Source: Eledone cirrhosa (lineage: Eukaryota). From it: a DNA stretch of 51,765 bases. The position numbers were made by a program, and so were the translations under genes. This document shows, piece by piece, positions 28,203 to 40,075 of this stretch (position 1 is the first letter of the stretch; the number at the start of each line of letters is the position of its first letter). Below the pieces are notes generated by a model that made no database searches, was not told where the DNA came from, and saw nothing but the letters and a program-made list of their open reading frames with translations. The stretch lies in NCBI GenBank assembly GCA_964016885.1, contig CAXHJY010000681.1, positions 1-51,765 of the forward strand. Direction: 5' to 3'.

Positions 28203-28268
28203 TATTTTGTCTGATGAAGGCATAGCATATTGTTAATATGATATCCCCGAAATATATATAATGAAATA
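28203..28268 (+). ncRNA. Type I hammerhead ribozyme (family A)
   Basis: TATTTTGT-CTGATGA-stem II-GAAA-TATATA-TA-ATGAAATA. Homologous to 100-165. Confidence 0.8.
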
Positions 28269-28444
28269 AATATGGTTTTATAAATATATTGTTATACTTT
28301 GGGAGGGTCATGTTGCCAATAAGAAACACACGCACCAGTTGCTTTCACTTCAATTTAATTTAATATATATTTATAAATTTACAAATTTATAAATTTCTGG
28401 TTGGTTGGTTGGTTCCACAACCAGATAGTTGTTTATATATATAT

Positions 28445-28489
28445 AGTCATAGTTCTTTCGTCACACACTCTGTGACCTCTTCAGTGACT
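28445..28489 (-). ncRNA. Type I hammerhead ribozyme (palindrome left arm)
   Basis: Exact reverse complement of 28598-28642. Confidence 0.82.
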
Positions 28490-28597
28490 GGGGATTTCTT
28501 TCTTCGTTTCTGTGCCTTTCCTTTCTTCTATCCTACGCCATTTTTATGGCGTAGGATAGAAGAAAGGAAAGGCACAGAAACGAAGAAAGAAATCCCC

Positions 28598-28642
28598 AGT
28601 CACTGAAGAGGTCACAGAGTGTGTGACGAAAGAACTATGACT
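28598..28642 (+). ncRNA. Type I hammerhead ribozyme (palindrome right arm)
   Basis: AGTCA-CTGAAGA-G-GTCACA(GAGTG)TGTGAC-GAAA-GAAC-TA-TGACT. Confidence 0.82.
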
Positions 28643-28895
28643 ATATATATATAAACAACTATCTGGTTGTGGAACCAACCAACCAACCAGAAATTTATAA
28701 ATTTGTAAATTTATAAATATATATTAAATTAAATTGAAGTGAAAGCAACTGGTGCGTGTGTTTCTTATTGGCAACATGACCCTCCCAAAGTATAACAATA
28801 TCGGTTTCAACACACGATTTCAGATAAAGAATCTTGCTAAACAAATTCAGAAACGAAATATTTATAAATATAGTTTTCCATTTATTTAATATTGT

Positions 28896-30336
<1,441 letters not shown>

Positions 30337-31379
30337 TATGCCTTTGAGAGTGTGCAAGTGTGTGTTCTGATGCATTATCACCATTTACCAACCGCTCTTC
30401 CACCTAGCAAGTGATAAATGGGTCTGCATGGACCATCTGAATACGAAAGCGGGGCTATTGACCTGCCAGACAGATTCAGGTATCTCCATCCATCTTACAT
30501 GTGGTCATATGGAGTGCAGAGGAAAAGTTCTCGTGTCTTTTAAAACCAAACGCTTTAAAGCTTTAGCGCTTTTATTGTCTTGATAGCCAGTACTACGTAG
30601 TGTGTCATGTCTCCCAATTCTATGTTTGAAAGCTTTCAATACTTTGATGCCCTTTTCATCATCAACCACTTTACCGCTTGCAGTGGGTGCGTTTATTGTG
30701 TTAATAACTAACACTCGAGATATTGTTGTGTTTTTGACGCAACTAAAGATTCCTTTCAGCCTCTTTAAGCATGGTTTCTGCAGCTGAGTGCCTTTTGTGT
30801 CGCCATCTAACTTTACGGCGTGTACCTGGTATATTTTCTTGGCATATTCGCTTTCCATCCTTCACAGCTCTGGGGAAGGTGGCAATAGGGCATGGAGATA
30901 CGTATATAATTATAGGCTTATGTGGAGATTTGACAGGGCAATAAGTAAAGGGTAAGGGTGGCTTACTTGTTCATGGGGATATAGAGGTGTGAGAGATGTG
31001 GTTAAGATGTTGGGAGTCGTGATGGAGAGATAGGTAGGTGGGTAAGGGATAGATAATTTGTGAATAAGGAGATGGGTTATAGTGGTGTCCTGGATGTGGT
31101 AGATAGAGAGGGGCGTCGTGGTAGTGAGGGGATAATGCTGGTAGTGGGGGGGTTGAAGAAAATGTATAGAGAGGTTAGCAACTAGGGAGTAATAGTGAGG
31201 ATATTTAATGTCCTTAGAGAGTGTAGTAGTTAAGGATCGGTTCTGAAGGGGTATGTCTATTTGGGGGGGAGGGAGCTGCATATATGTAAAATATCTATCA
31301 CGAGAGAAAAGGAATACTAAGTGTTAGTGCACATCAGTGTGTGAGAGAGGGAGAGTGAGGCTACTTTTTTTTAATCCAA

Positions 31380-31563
31380 TATTCTCAAATGTCTTTGCTG
31401 AAAATGAGGAGGTAAAAGGGTGTATACTTTTGTCTGAAAATCCCAGTCGATTATATTATTTTCACGTGTGTTTATAATTAAAACCATTTAAAATGACACA
31501 TTTGTATTTATTGCTTCATGGGTGTTTCTAATTAAATTGGTGAAATTTCACGGGGCCAGCTGG
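31380..31563 (+). mobile_element. Probable non-autonomous Helitron 3' end
   Basis: Palindrome GTGAAATTTCAC (31540-31551) followed 8 nt later by CTGG|T (CTRR consensus). The 5' boundary is not determined. Confidence 0.5.
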
Positions 31564-32711
31564 TATATATTATGACACTTATTATATCCAATTGTGATTG
31601 CGCTTGCATACGCTTAATAACAGTTCAATTATTAATCTAATTTCAAATTCATTATAATCTTCAAATGGAAGCAATTTGTGTCTAAATCTACTTCATTGCC
31701 AATATTTATTGGTTTGGGGGCGAAAACCAATGGCTTGGGTGATGCTGTGTTTCTTCAAGTTTTATCTCGTTGTAAACGAATGGAAACACATATATGCGTC
31801 GTTTAATAGATTTTCTGATAAATAGAGTTTTATAAATTTACTTTACGTTAAGTGCAATTAGACGAAAATGCAGATATTGAAAGTTAGGGTTCTGTATATA
31901 TGTAATTAGCTCATTTACAACTTGATATGTTATCTATCTAGATAAGCACAATCTATAAAAATTCATATATTATTGCCAATCAATGTATATTAAACAGTTG
32001 AAATGTAACATGATTGCTGCAAAAACAAAAAGCTATATATATATTTTTCGAAATAAAACATCAGTCAGCATATGTCGAAATGCCAGAAACATGGTTTTGT
32101 GGTTCATAAGTTAGCTTCATGGTGATGTTGCTTTTCTAGTTTGTCAGATCAACCGCTGATTCCCCAAATTATGATGTTTGATAGACGCTTGTGTTGTTTT
32201 TGTTTTGTTTTTTTCTGTTAACAGACATAAACAGTTGATTTATTTATCAACGTCAGATGGCATATTACGAACATTCGATATCGCTGGGATGGGAATAGTT
32301 TTCCCTATCTCCCACATATCTCAGTGTTTCTGATAAGGATTTATGAATAGTGAACATTTTCTGACGAAGCTATTAAGAACACAATGCAATATTTAGTCCA
32401 GCATGCGTACTTTTGATATCAAACAAAATCCCTGATTATTTCGTATGTAATACATTTGAATAAGATAACATAATTACCAGGCCTAAAATCATTCAATAAA
32501 ATACATTCAAACCTGTGGTATCATGGTATTGTATTATTGTCGCTGTTTTCCTATTCCAAATTGGAGGATATCCGTTAGTTATAATTTCTCTTAGGCCGTT
32601 ATAGTTGAGAATTCTTGCATATGTTGGTGATGGTAACATCATCGGATTGTAACAAGAAATAGTTTCTACTTTTTGGCACAAGGCCAACAATTAATCAGTG
32701 CATTACTGATA

Positions 32712-32757
32712 CTATATTTTATTGAACCCGTAAGGATGAAAGGCAAAGTTAATCTCA
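32712..32757 (-). mobile_element. Degenerate SINE core fragment
   Basis: Minus strand reads ACTTTGCCTTTCATCCTTACGGGTTCAATAAAAT. Homologous to 39975-40030 and resembles the Meta/Sauria-type SINE core. Confidence 0.55.
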
Positions 32758-33156
32758 AATATTGAATTAAGCAGCACATTCCATAAACTTATTTTCATTA
32801 TTACGTTGAACGACACAAATAATTCGGTGTTTTCTTGATGTAGCACTAATTTTACCAAAACATTGTATGGTAATTGAAATTTTCAGCATTAAATATATTT
32901 GACAACATTGCGGCTTAACATTATGTTTGTTGTATTCGGTATGGCAAGCGTTGTAGAGTCGTTTGTCTGGAGATTTAAAAGATTCGAAATATTTCAGTAA
33001 GCAGAGAAAAAATAATCGCTGAAATGTCTCTTAGAAATATGATTGCTGCATTATGTTAATTCAGTTCATTGGTGCCAGCAAATACCGGTGGAAATAATGA
33101 CGTAAGAGATAATATTACTTCCTTTTCATATCACTAGAGACGTTTTATTTTAAATT

Positions 33157-33231
<75 letters not shown>

Positions 33232-33258
33232 ATGTGTGTGTGTGTGTATGCATGTATG

Positions 33259-33331
<73 letters not shown>

Positions 33332-33657
33332 TTGATATATGTATAGATAGATATAAGGACTTAACTATAGTATGGAGGATTTGTGATTCTATGTCTAAAT
33401 ATCGTATATACATAATCTAGTCCGTCTCCCAGTTTTACAAGGGGAATATGTTTACGAATATCATATTCTATTACGATAGAAATGTAAAACTGCGAACATA
33501 CGGTGTGTTTATAAATGATTAGACACATCTTCGAAGAAATTTCAGTGTATATCTTCAATGGAAACGCGTAGTATAACTATGAACAACTAACGTATACTGA
33601 TACATACAACGAGAGCTGTATTCTTTTCCAATTAAGACTAAATCAACATATGAACTT

Positions 33658-33703
<46 letters not shown>

Positions 33704-33709
<6 letters not shown>

Positions 33710-35118
33710 CATCATTCATCTTTCAAATACAAACTTAAAAGAACCAACACTGCTCTCTCAGAACTCATATGGTCCTTAAAAGACAAAAACATTAAATATA
33801 CCATCTTTTGGAAGAAGGTTTCTTCTGCATCCTCATACTTGAACAGCTCTCTATCTAAAATCTGTAATATCTGCCTAAATGAAAAATTTACCATTATCTC
33901 TAACCTAGATTCTATAATAAATAGACGTACAGATTTGTTTTCTATCTGCCTGCATAAATTCCATAGGACTTTTCACAAAGTATACAGTTAATATTCAATT
34001 CTTTATCAATTTAGAATCTTTTCTCAAAGGCACATATACATACACTTCTTTAAAATATACCCATCTTCCTACCTTACTTTAAAGGGCATTATACACTCTA
34101 TAATACTTGTTTACTCATTACCCTCATTCTATCTTCACCTTGTAAAATCCTTCATAACATATACATTTGTTTTTTTGACGTTAGAATATTCATCCGCAAT
34201 CATTATTATTTTTTCTCTCTATCATAAATCTTTTTAATCTCAATTTCATCCTTAATTTATTATTTTTTTCTCCCCATCAACGAACTCATTCTTAATACAT
34301 ATTAACTCTTTATTCGCATATATTATCAATTCCTTCAATATACAAACTTTAACTTCACATTATTTTTCTCAAATCCTTCTACACACAAACCTTAATAATT
34401 TTTCTCTTCGTTAATTTTGAAATTGCCACAATACTTATCAACATACACTTTTTTTGACGTTAGAATATTCATCCACAATTATTATTTTTTCTCTCTATCT
34501 TCATACATAAATTCCCTTCGTTAATTTTCAAATTCCTTTAATTTATACATTATCTTCCAACGGTTCTCAACCTCTCTATGTAAAACAATATATCTTTTTC
34601 TCAGTTATAAAAACTATCTCTTTCTCTCTATCACCCATCTCTCCCTCTCCACCTTCACCTCCTCCCCGTTTTTTCATCCTTTCCACCCCCCACTCCCTAA
34701 ATAAAATATTTTTTCCTCGCACATATCCTCCCTTCGTTAATTTTCAAATTTCTTTTCATTTATACATTATCTTCCAACGGTTTTCAACCTCTCTATGTAA
34801 AACAATATATCTCCTCTCAGTTATAAAAACTATCTCTTTCTCTCTATCACCCATCTCTCCCTCTCATCTCCTCCTCTTTTTCATCCTTTCCACCCCCCCC
34901 CCTCTCTAAATAAAATATTTTTCCCAATATCACACATCAATCTAAAACCACTCTTCATATGTTGATTTAAAACTGCACTATCCACAAGTGTTTTTTAGCC
35001 TTCATATCATGTTCTCCTGTTTTATCTGATGAAAACACAAATATTATTGCATGATGATGTTTGTTTTTTAAATGCGCATAATAAAATACATGGAACTCCT
35101 TTAACCATCTTTTGATCT

Positions 35119-35125
<7 letters not shown>
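33704..35125 (+). mobile_element. 5'-truncated Naiad-type PLE (family B): EN C-terminus + 3' UTR + pLTR
   Basis: 33704-33991 translates to NHHSSFK..TALSELIWSLKDKNIKYTIFW..CNICLNEK..INRRTDLFSICLHK. The 3' UTR has internal ~200-bp duplications. The end matches the foldback elements at 16255 and 23430. Confidence 0.85.
35018..35088 (+). ncRNA. Hammerhead motif family B, G12 mutated (TAAA)
   Basis: CTGATGA 35026-35032. GAAA is replaced by TAAA at 35069-35072. Confidence 0.75.
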
Positions 35126-35151
<26 letters not shown>

Positions 35152-35440
35152 AGTTGTAATAAAATGAAAACGAAATTTCATTTCTCACTCTTAGTACGGC
35201 ACTTACTTAAATGTAAGTATGTATGTATACGTACATACATATATGTATACAGACGTACAGTAGCATGCATATATATATATATATACATACAGGTACACAT
35301 ACATATATGTAGGTATCAGTTTAGCGGACGCTTATTATAATGCCCGCTTTGTTCGTTTGTAAACAAACTGAACAGCCTGAATTTATGCCGTACGGTGTTA
35401 AGGCAACCACGTCACCTTTTTGTTCAACACTGACACAGGA

Positions 35441-35483
35441 ACGATGTACTAGTTTCAAGCTTGTTAGCTATCATCAGCACCGT
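35441..35483 (-). ncRNA. Minimal type I hammerhead ribozyme
   Basis: Minus strand reads ACGGTG-CTGATGA-T-AGCT(AACA)AGCT-T-GAAA-CTAG-TA-CATCGT. Palindromic stem III CTAG, triplet GUA. Confidence 0.88.
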
Positions 35484-35715
35484 ATACCCTTCTGCCAGAT
35501 GGTTGAACGTTCGAAAGTATATACTTTCCTTATGAAAATTAACGGCTGAGCAGCCTAATTTGCATATCGAGTGAGTTCGGCCAGGCGTACCGAGAACGAC
35601 AAGTTGTAATAAAATGAAAACGAAATTTCATTTCTCACTCTTAGTACGGCACTTACTTAAATGTAAGTATGTATGTATACGTACATACATATATGTATAC
35701 AGACGTACAGTAGGA

Positions 35716-35772
<57 letters not shown>

Positions 35773-35920
35773 GTACACATACATATATGTACGTATCAGT
35801 TTAGCGGACGCTTATTATAACGCCCGCTTTGTTCGTTTGTAAACAAACTGAACAGCCTGAATTTATGCCGTACGGTATTAAGGCAACCACGTCACCTTTT
35901 TGTTCAACACTGACACAGGA

Positions 35921-35963
35921 ACGATGTACTAGTTTCAAGCTTGTTAGCTATCATCAGCACCGT
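35921..35963 (-). ncRNA. Minimal type I hammerhead ribozyme (second unit)
   Basis: Identical to 35441-35483, 480 bp away. Confidence 0.88.
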
Positions 35964-36146
35964 ATACCCTTCTGCCAGATGGTTGAACGTTCGAAAGTAT
36001 ATACTTTCCTTATGAAAATTAACGGCTGAGCAGCCTAATTTGCATATCGAGTGAGTTCGGCCAGGCGTACCGAGAACGATAAGTTGTAATAAAATGAAAA
36101 CGAAATTTCATTTCTCACTCTTAGTACGGCACTTACTTAAATGTAA

Positions 36147-36210
<64 letters not shown>

Positions 36211-37255
36211 GTGATCTACCAATGCAACGTGAGAACGTTTCATTTCTCACTCTTAGTACGGCACTTACTTAAATGTAAGTATATATATATATATATATAT
36301 ACAGCCCTACGTTATACCTTAACGGATAGCACGATCTATACGTGGATATTTACGTCTTGATGTGGGAGCTAAGTATATGTTTTGTTTATTCCTTTACTTA
36401 TTTGCATAGGTAAGTATATATTACCCGTATGTTTTGTGAAGGTATGTATACCTTCTCGTACGTATATTTGACTGTTTTGGCGTATAATTTTTACATATTC
36501 TGGTATTTAGGGCTTGGTTATGTCTATATGGGAGTTTTGCGTCTGCGTGAGTATGCAGGTTCGTACGTATGGTGGGTGTGTGTATATGTGTACTTCTTGT
36601 TTTAGTTGACTTACGTCTCCGAACCTTCATGTATTTATTTGTAGGTATGTGTGTGCGCTTGTTATATACGTATTTATTTACTTATATACGTTTATATAAT
36701 TATTTATTTATTTGTACACAAGCATACACACATACACATATTTATATGTGCGTGGTTTTGTATACCTATGGTAAGGGTTTGCGTATGCTTGTGTATGTAC
36801 GTATCTGTTTGCGTTTATGTATTTATTTGTTCCTACTACTTCTGTATTGTATTTATTTACTCTGTTCTTAACTCTGTAGCGGAGATTCATTCGGTCTCCT
36901 AGTTAGAATTTTAGTCTACGACTTCTGCTATACCATTTACGTGGTTTTGTCTTTGCACGCTGTTGTTCTCCACGCTCCACATATGACTTATTATCTTCGT
37001 TTTTTCGTTCATTGCCAGAGAACGTCTCTATGCACCACTTAGAGAACATTAGTCTACGACCTCTTTTATACCATAAACGTGGTTCTGTCCTTGCACGTAA
37101 TTGTTTTTCACCGCTCCTATTAATGACGTATTATTCGTTTTTTCCCGTTCTTTGCCAGGGAACGTCACCATGAACCAAAGTATCGTCTTCCTGTCTTCCT
37201 CCGGTTGCAACGTTTTTTGAAATATCCAGTTCTGCGTTTACAGATTGACTTTGTT

Positions 37256-37306
37256 AGTTTCAGAAGATCCCGTTAAGGGTGAAAACAGCGATTCTTTGCT
37301 TAAACT
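37256..37306 (+). ncRNA. Degenerate hammerhead-like motif
   Basis: AGTTT-CAGAAGA-T-CCC(GTTAA)GGG-T-GAAA..AGC..GCT-T-AAACT. Core has U4>A. Lies at the end of a ~1 kb probable PLE 3' UTR (36300-37330), just before (TA)n. Confidence 0.4.
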
Positions 37307-37322
37307 TTAATCTGTTATTTTA

Positions 37323-37387
<65 letters not shown>

Positions 37388-37389
<2 letters not shown>

Positions 37390-39456
37390 ATCTACCAATG
37401 CAACGTGAGAACGGAAAACTCCAACAAAGCCCATATGGGATTAACCGCTTGTGACGTTAAGATCCTGGCTCTACCAACACCGACTACGTTCCGAAACCCG
37501 ATCCGGCGACATGTCACTACACTTTCGGGCCACATATGGGACCTCCAAGATAATAACATAACATACAATCTTACTTGGAGCTTACTATCCAGGGCTAACC
37601 TCTACACGGGAGGACGCCCTCCGTGTAACTTATGCCCAGAAGAAACAATACAAATGCTGTTTACGAAGGACCAACTCCTAAACAAAAAGGACGAACTTGT
37701 AACTGCATGTAAACACCGATTGCGTAGGACTTACCTCGCCCTCAAATCCCCTCATGACCCGGGTGGGTAGACAATGACTGCAACATCCTTCTTTTCCCCA
37801 CTTGCCAAATAAGATAGTGGAAACCCCAGCATACAGTAGATGTACTTCTTTTCTTTTTCCCTTTATCTCTTCTTTTCATATCCTTCCACTCCCTCTCCTC
37901 TTCCATTTTCTTCGTTCGCCTACCCCGAAGCAGCCCATGGAGCTTTTGTAGCTTCAGTATACCCACCCCAGTAAATGATATATAGCATTGGCCGAAAACG
38001 CAATAACAGCTAAAAATATAGCAGCTGCTTTAGACTCTAGAGGTTTTTTATTATTTTTTACTATTCAATTTTTTTATTATTTTTATTTATTATCTTTTAA
38101 TCTCAATTTATTAACCATTTAATTTCATAACGTCCCACTCTCAGACTCCTCCAGAATTCTTTTTCGCCCGCTTTCTACCTAGCCTAATTCCATACACACT
38201 TTGTACAATTTAACGCTTGACCGGCTCCACCCACTCCCTTATTGTTCTATAGGCATATTCAGCCACCCCCACTCCCACCCACCGCCATGAAAGATTTAAT
38301 TGTGTTTACAAGAAACCCGGTCCGGCGACATGCCACTACACTTTCGAGCCACATCTGGGACCTCCAAGATAATAATATAACTTAAAATATTACTTGGAGC
38401 TTACTGTCCAGAGCTAACTCTTACACGGGAGGACGCCATCCGTGTAACTTATGCTCGAGGAAACATTACAAATGCTGTTTATGAAGGATCAACCCCTAAA
38501 CTAAAAAGACGAACTGTTAACTGCATGCAAACACAGATTGCGTAAGACTTACCTCGCCTTCAAACCCCCTAACGATCCGCGTGGGTAGACAAGGATTGAA
38601 ACACCCCATTTGCCCAATAAGTTAGGGGAAACCCAAGCTCACATAGGTAGAGGTAGCTCTTTTCTTCTTCCCTTTGTGTCCTCCTATCACCTCCTTCCAC
38701 CACTGATCTTCTTCCTCGTTCTTTTTTTCTCTTATCGCCTACCCCGCGGCAGCCCATTGGGCCTTTGTAACCTCAGTACTCCCACCCCAGTAACTTAAAG
38801 ATATAATTGGCCGAACAGGCTATACTAACTAATCATAGCAGCTGTGTTAGACTCCAGAGATTTTGAATTAAATTTCACTACCCAATTCTACAATTTCCAT
38901 AATTCTTAGTTAGTATCTTCTATTCTCAACTCATTGGCCGAAAAAGCAATACCAACTAATTATAGCAGCTGTTTTATACTCTATAGTTTTTGTTTTTTAT
39001 CACTTCTCACTATCCAATTTTATATGTTTATATATCTTTCTTTTATTTTTTAATTATTTTTTTATTGTCTCCTAATCTCAATTGATTTACCCATTCTTTA
39101 ACGTCCCTCCTCAATTTCTCCAGAAACCTTTTTTCGCCTACCTCCTCTGGTCTACTTCATACACAATCCTTAGAATTTGCCGTATAGATTTCACTTTCAA
39201 CGCTTGGCCGGCTCCACCCACTCCCTCATTATTCTACAGGCAAGTTCAGCCACCCCCACCTCCCACCCACTGCCATGATAGACCTATTTGTATTTATAAC
39301 AAATTTTGACCAAACCTCTTGAAAACTACAATCTTCCCATATAAGGAATACCTCTGAAAAGTTTGGTCATTTATTTACCAGACTAAACATTCAAATTTAG
39401 TCCAGAAATAGCCGTTGAAACGGCTTGAGCTCTGCCGTCGGGCTCATACTTTTTCC
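37388..39456 (+). mobile_element. Degenerate Naiad-type PLE EN fragment with diverged tandem duplication
   Basis: 37388-37770 translates to VIYQCNV..TTLSGHIWDLQDNNITYNLTWSLL..CNLCPEE..LLNKKDELVTACKH. A second decayed copy starts at ~38313 and the 3' UTR is duplicated as well. Confidence 0.85.
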
Positions 39457-39964
39457 TATATATATATATATATATACGAACACACACAACAAACGCATAC
39501 ATGCAGGCATACGTATATCTGTGTTTCAAAATACAATGACATTATATGTAAAATGAAAAATAGAAAACTAGATAACATTAACACGCTTTAATGTGCTTTA
39601 TATTTATAAAATATTCAAATATTGTTTTTAAACCATAGCATAATTTATATATGTGACATCACTTTATATATACATCACATTAAACTCAAGGTGAAACAAC
39701 ATTATGAAGAGTAGGAGCATGTTTTATACATTCATATAATGGACTATTTTGAGTAAGTTTAAGTAACTAATATTTGATTTAACATTAGAAGCATTTGCAA
39801 AATAGCACCTAATTTTCCCTAAGATGAAAACTTTTCGCTTTAAAAACGTATGTTTATAGGAATCATCGTACATAGAGATGCATTAAATAAAAAAAATCGT
39901 GTGTTAAATTTGAAACAGCTTTCATTACACGATTGATACATATGGGGTTAATCAACAATTGTTA

Positions 39965-40075
39965 TTTCATCCCGTCGAGGTTAACTTTGCCTTTTATCGT
40001 CAAGGGTTCGATAAAATAAAGTACCAGTAATGCGCTGGGGTAATAGCTGGCCTTGCGCCACCAGTAGAAACAATT
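39965..40075 (+). mobile_element. Degenerate SINE fragment
   Basis: GAGGTTAACTTTGCCTTTTATC..GGGTTCGATAAAATAAAGTACCAG, Meta/Sauria-type SINE core-like. Confidence 0.6.

Larger units (their letters stand above)
28286..28860 (+). mobile_element. Perfect 516-bp palindromic PLE pLTR insertion plus 59-bp tail
   Basis: Arms 28286-28541 / 28546-28801, loop TTTT. Flanking duplication TTTATAAATATA at 28277-28288 and 28861-28872. Confidence 0.9.
26517..28895 (+). mobile_element. 5'-truncated Naiad-type PLE (family A): EN C-terminus + 3' UTR + pLTR
   Basis: 26517-26729 translates to ..[51 protein letters not shown]..stop. HHR at 28203-28268. Interrupted by a palindromic insertion. Confidence 0.75.
35151..36150 (-). 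repeat. Tandem 450-480 bp HHR-bearing repeat (retrozyme-like)
   Basis: Units 35151-35600 and 35601-36080, partial unit 36081-36150, and a further fragment at 36238-36282. Near-identical except for (TA)n length. Confidence 0.88.

Noticed and set aside
35151-36282. CRISPR-like array
   Set aside because: The units are long and near-identical with no unique spacers, the context is eukaryotic and there are no cas genes.
39306-39370. SECIS element (some Naiads are reported to use selenocysteine)
   Set aside because: There is no AUGA/GA quartet with a paired helix II, and no in-frame TGA in the 4071-5789 or 37388-37770 frames.
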